Origin: Cyanophora paradoxa CCMP329
Taxonomy: Eukaryota; Plantae; Glaucophyta
Assembly (NCBI GenBank): GCA_004431415.1
Contig: QPMI01000255.1
Span: 1-64,000 of the forward strand
DNA length: 64,000 nt
Direction of reading: 5' to 3'
Shown: in pieces, positions 60,801-64,000 of the stretch
How the letters are laid out: every line of letters begins with the position of its first letter
Numbering within the stretch: position 1 is the first letter of the stretch
Program-made: the position numbers and the translations under genes
Notes under the pieces: model-generated
Told to the model about the DNA's origin: nothing
Seen by the model: only the letters and a program-made list of their open reading frames with translations
The model's database searches: none

Positions 60801-63800
60801 CCTCCCCGGCCTCCGCCCCTGTCTCCCCGGCCTCCGCCCTCGCCTCGGCGAGGGCCGCGGAGGCCGGGGAGCTCTGCCGGCTCCTAGCAACGGCCGGCGG
60901 CGCCTCTTGCGCCTCCGGGGCCGGCGTGGCCGGTGCGGAGCTGGCTGCAGGGTAGGAGGCGGCGGCGGGGGGAGTCGAGGGCGAGGATGCGCCGTGGGGG
61001 CTCGTGGAGGGGGAGCGAGCGGGCGTGGGGGATGGCTCTGGGGAAATTTCGGGGGAGGAGCGGGGGCGGGGCGTGGGGGTGGACGGGGCGGGGTGGAGGC
61101 GGGGGCAAGACCGGGGCGTGGACGGGGAGCTGGAGCGGGGAGCCGCGGACGTGGAGCGGGGCGCCGCCGGCGGCCGGCACGACGCGCGCCTCGGCCGCGT
61201 ACGCGCCGGGGAGCGTCGGGAGGAGCTCGACGAGGGCGTAGCCGGCGGGCCCCTCGACGACGGCGACGGCGGGGGGCGGGAGGGCTCGAGGCCGCCCGGG
61301 GCGAGGACGGAGGCGAAGAGGGCGGGTGGCGCGGCGAGACGGCGTTCCCGAAGGCGTCCGCCAGCTCCACCCGCAGCCGCGCCGGGCGCCCCACCTCCAG
61401 CGGGCCGGCGGTCTCCACCCGCAGGCAGCTCCGCGCGGGGTCCGGCGCCCCGGGCTCGACCGCCCACACGAGGGTCGGGGGCCCAGCGGGGCCCCACTCG
61501 CGCCCCGCGGGGAGGGCCCCCTCGGGGCCGGCACCGCCTCTCCGGCGAGGCGGAGGCGGAGGGCGTAGAGGCCGGCGGCGGCGGGGGCGAAGGCGAGGCG
61601 GAGGGCGGCGGGCCGGCGGGCGGAGCTCGACGGGGAGGGGCGCCGCGGGGGCCCCTCGAGGGCCTCCAGCGCCGCCTCGACGCCCCCCGCGGGGCCCCGC
61701 CTCGTTCCCGAACGCGTCCCGGCACCGGAGCTCCACCCCGGCCTCCTCGCCGGCCCCCGACGCCGCCGGCCCGCGAGCCGCACCCGGCACGCAGCCGCGT
61801 GGGCCGGGGCGGGAGCACGGTCCAGCGCAGGGCTCGCCGGGATCGCCCGCCCGTCCGCGAACACCTCGACCTCGTACTCCCCGCCGCCTCCAGGGGCGTG
61901 CAGCACTCGTACGCCCCCTCCTCACCGTCCGCCGCCGCCGCGAAGCTCAGCGCCCGCGCCCGCCCTCGGGCCCGCGCGCCACGGCGTAGAGGCCGTCGGC
62001 GTCGGATGCGCCCTGCCGCCCCGTGAGCAGCCGGGGGAGGAGGAGCGCGGCGGGGGCGGGGCGGGCGGGTCGCACGGAGCGGAGGGCGCCGGAGTGGTCG
62101 CGCGCGGCGACGCGGATGCGGGCGGGGCGCCGGCGACGGAGCGCGCCGGCTCCAGGGCCGCCGCCCCGAGCGCTCCGCCGAGAGCACCGCTGCGCCGGAT
62201 CGGCGGGGCGAGGCGGGGCGGGGCGGGGCGGGGCGGGGCCGGGCGGGGGGCGGACCGGGGACGGCGCTCCAGAGGAAGGGGCTCCCCTGGACGTCCTCGC
62301 CGGCGAGGGTGACGCGGCCGAGTAGTCGCCAAGCGGCCCCGCGGCGACCCGCAGGGCGTAGCGCCCGGGCCGGCGGCGGCGAGGGCGAACTCGGGGCGAG
62401 CCCCGCGGGGCCCCGCACCTCGAAGGAGAGCGCCTCGAGTCCTCCCGCCCCGCCCGCCCGTTCCCGAAGCGGTCCCTGGCCCCGCCCCCGCTCAGCAGCA
62501 GCGGCGGCGACAGCGGCCGGCGCCGGCAGAGCGGGCGAGCGCACCGGGTGGCGAGGAGGAGCTCGAAGGGCTCCCCCGCGGGGACGCGCACCGCCCCGCC
62601 GGCGCTCTCCAGCGCGCTCCCCGCGGCGCTCAAGGGCCCCGGGGCGACGGAGAGGGGGAAGAGGCGGCGGGCGACGAGCTGCCCGTCGAGGTCGGCCATC
62701 ACCTCGTACGCCCCCGCCGCCTCCGTCCGGAAGGCCGCCGTCCAGACGCCCCCGGCGTGCGCCAGGCTCCGCATCAGCACGGGCCGCACGTGCACCCGCT
62801 CGCCCGTCTGGCGCCCCCTCAGCCGCGCCGGGGCGGGGCGGGGCGGGGCGGGCCTCGGGCGGGGGCGGCGGAGCGGATGCGGACGCGGAGGCGGCCCTCG
62901 ACGGCCTCGATCGGGTTCAGGTTCCCCAGCGCCTGCCCCGCCCCGCCCGCCTCACGCCCGCCCCGCCCGCCCCCGGCGCCCCGCGGCCGGGCCGGCGCAC
63001 GTCCCGGAGCTCGATGTGGAAGGCGGCGCTCTCGCCGGCCACCGCCGCCAGCGCCGCGCCCTCCGCCACCGTGCACCGCCCCGCCGCGATGGGCGCTGCG
63101 GCGGCCTCAGGGGCGGCGGGGGCGGCGGGGCGGCGGGGGCGGCCAGGGAGGACGGCGAGCTCGAAGGGGGAGCCGGCGACGTGCGCCCCGTTGACGGCGA
63201 CGTGCAGCAGGTACTCCCCCGTCCGCCGCGCCTCGTACTCCACCAGCTGCGCGCCCCGGGGCCCCTGCTCGCGACCCCGGGGGAGCGGGGCGGAGCGGCG
63301 GGCGCACGTAGGAGCCGTCCCGCGTCGGTGCAGCGGCAGGCGACGTGCACCCCCGCGGGGCCTCTCCCGCCTCGAAGCGGACCTTCGCGGGGGCGGCTCG
63401 GCGGGGCGGCTCGGCGGGGCGGGACGGGGCGGGGCGGGCGGGGGACCTCGACGAGGTCGCCGCCGGAGGGGACCTCCTCGCCCATCTCGTCCCGCGCCCG
63501 CACCACGAAGCAAGTCCCCGCCCCGCCTCCGCCCGACCCGTCCCGCCCCGACCGCCACGCTCCGCGCCCCGACACCCGCGCTGCGCCCCGCCCCCCGCTC
63601 GCCGCCCCGCCCCCCGCTCGCCGCCCCGCGAGGTCGGAGGGCGGCGGGGCACGGACCGAGGGTGACGAGGCGGCGGCGTGGCCGTAGCGCGGGGGCGGCG
63701 CCGGCCCGCCCAGCGTCACCTCCCGCCACAGCAACGCCTCTACCGCGCCCTCAGCGGCGCCGGGCGGGGCGGCCGGCGGGCGGGCGGGGCGCGCCACGGG

Positions 63801-64000
63801 CGGTGTCGGCGACCCAGAGGTCGGCGAGCCAAGGCCCGCGGGGGTCGCCACCCAGCCCCGACGAGCAGCAGCGCGCCGCGCGAGGCGGCCAGCGAGTGGC
63901 CCTCGCGCGGGCACGGCCCGCGAGGGCCCCCGCGCAGCAGGCGGGAGCGCCAGGCGGCCGTGTCGAGCACCCAGGTGTCGGCGGTGAGGACGTTGACGAG
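57882..64000 (-). CDS. 3' part of a Kelch-repeat plus multi-filamin (about 11-12 repeats) protein gene; many apparent frameshifts
   Basis: Filamin motifs across frames: FVVRARDEMGEEVPSGGD, GEYLLHVAVNGAHVAGSPFELAVLPG, VELADAFGN, FTAVDAHGNLRRAGGD, DGTLVCLFRPSAPGDYQIRV. Kelch-like PCPREGHSLAA, PRYGHAAA and DTWVLDT at 63670-64000. 5' end is outside the window; exact 3' end uncertain. Confidence 0.75.

Noticed and set aside
57807-63687. Long + strand and off-frame - strand ORFs (up to 987 aa)
   Set aside because: Arg/Gly/Pro-rich shadows of very high GC; real motifs occur only as - strand filamin and Kelch fragments.

Overview
Eukaryotic, GC-rich, intron-dense DNA with short GT(GCG)...(G)CAG introns, probably from an alga or protist; the taxon cannot be fixed from the sequence. 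Four parts. (1) 1-11003: a head-to-tail train of non-autonomous Helitron-like elements (TC 5' end, 3' GCA-loop hairpin plus CTTG, asymmetric inverted repeat). Each carries an internal ~150-bp A/B satellite, and the last unit holds a poly(A)/13-bp-TSD retroposed insert. (2) 11004-14550: intergenic DNA with Tc1/mariner-type MITEs and sequence that looks decayed by C-to-T change. (3) About 14611-56448, + strand: what reads as one ~42-kb gene (roughly 150 introns and 9,000-10,000 aa, both rough by-eye estimates) for a giant cell-surface receptor. Order: signal peptide, 28 young cysteine-free CUB modules (three phase-compatible exons each, variable Tyr-rich loops), Pro/Ser stalks, two PPC-like domains, WD40 propeller, ~10 older CUB-like domains, ~13 IPT/TIG domains, SEA-like domain, Cys-rich motif, GGA(I/L/V)/FxxN beta-helix, Cys-rich region, ~9-TM membrane domain, Pro-rich tail. 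(4) 57882-64000, - strand: 3' part of a Kelch plus multi-filamin-repeat gene with many apparent frameshifts. All calls are by eye from motifs; no searches were run.
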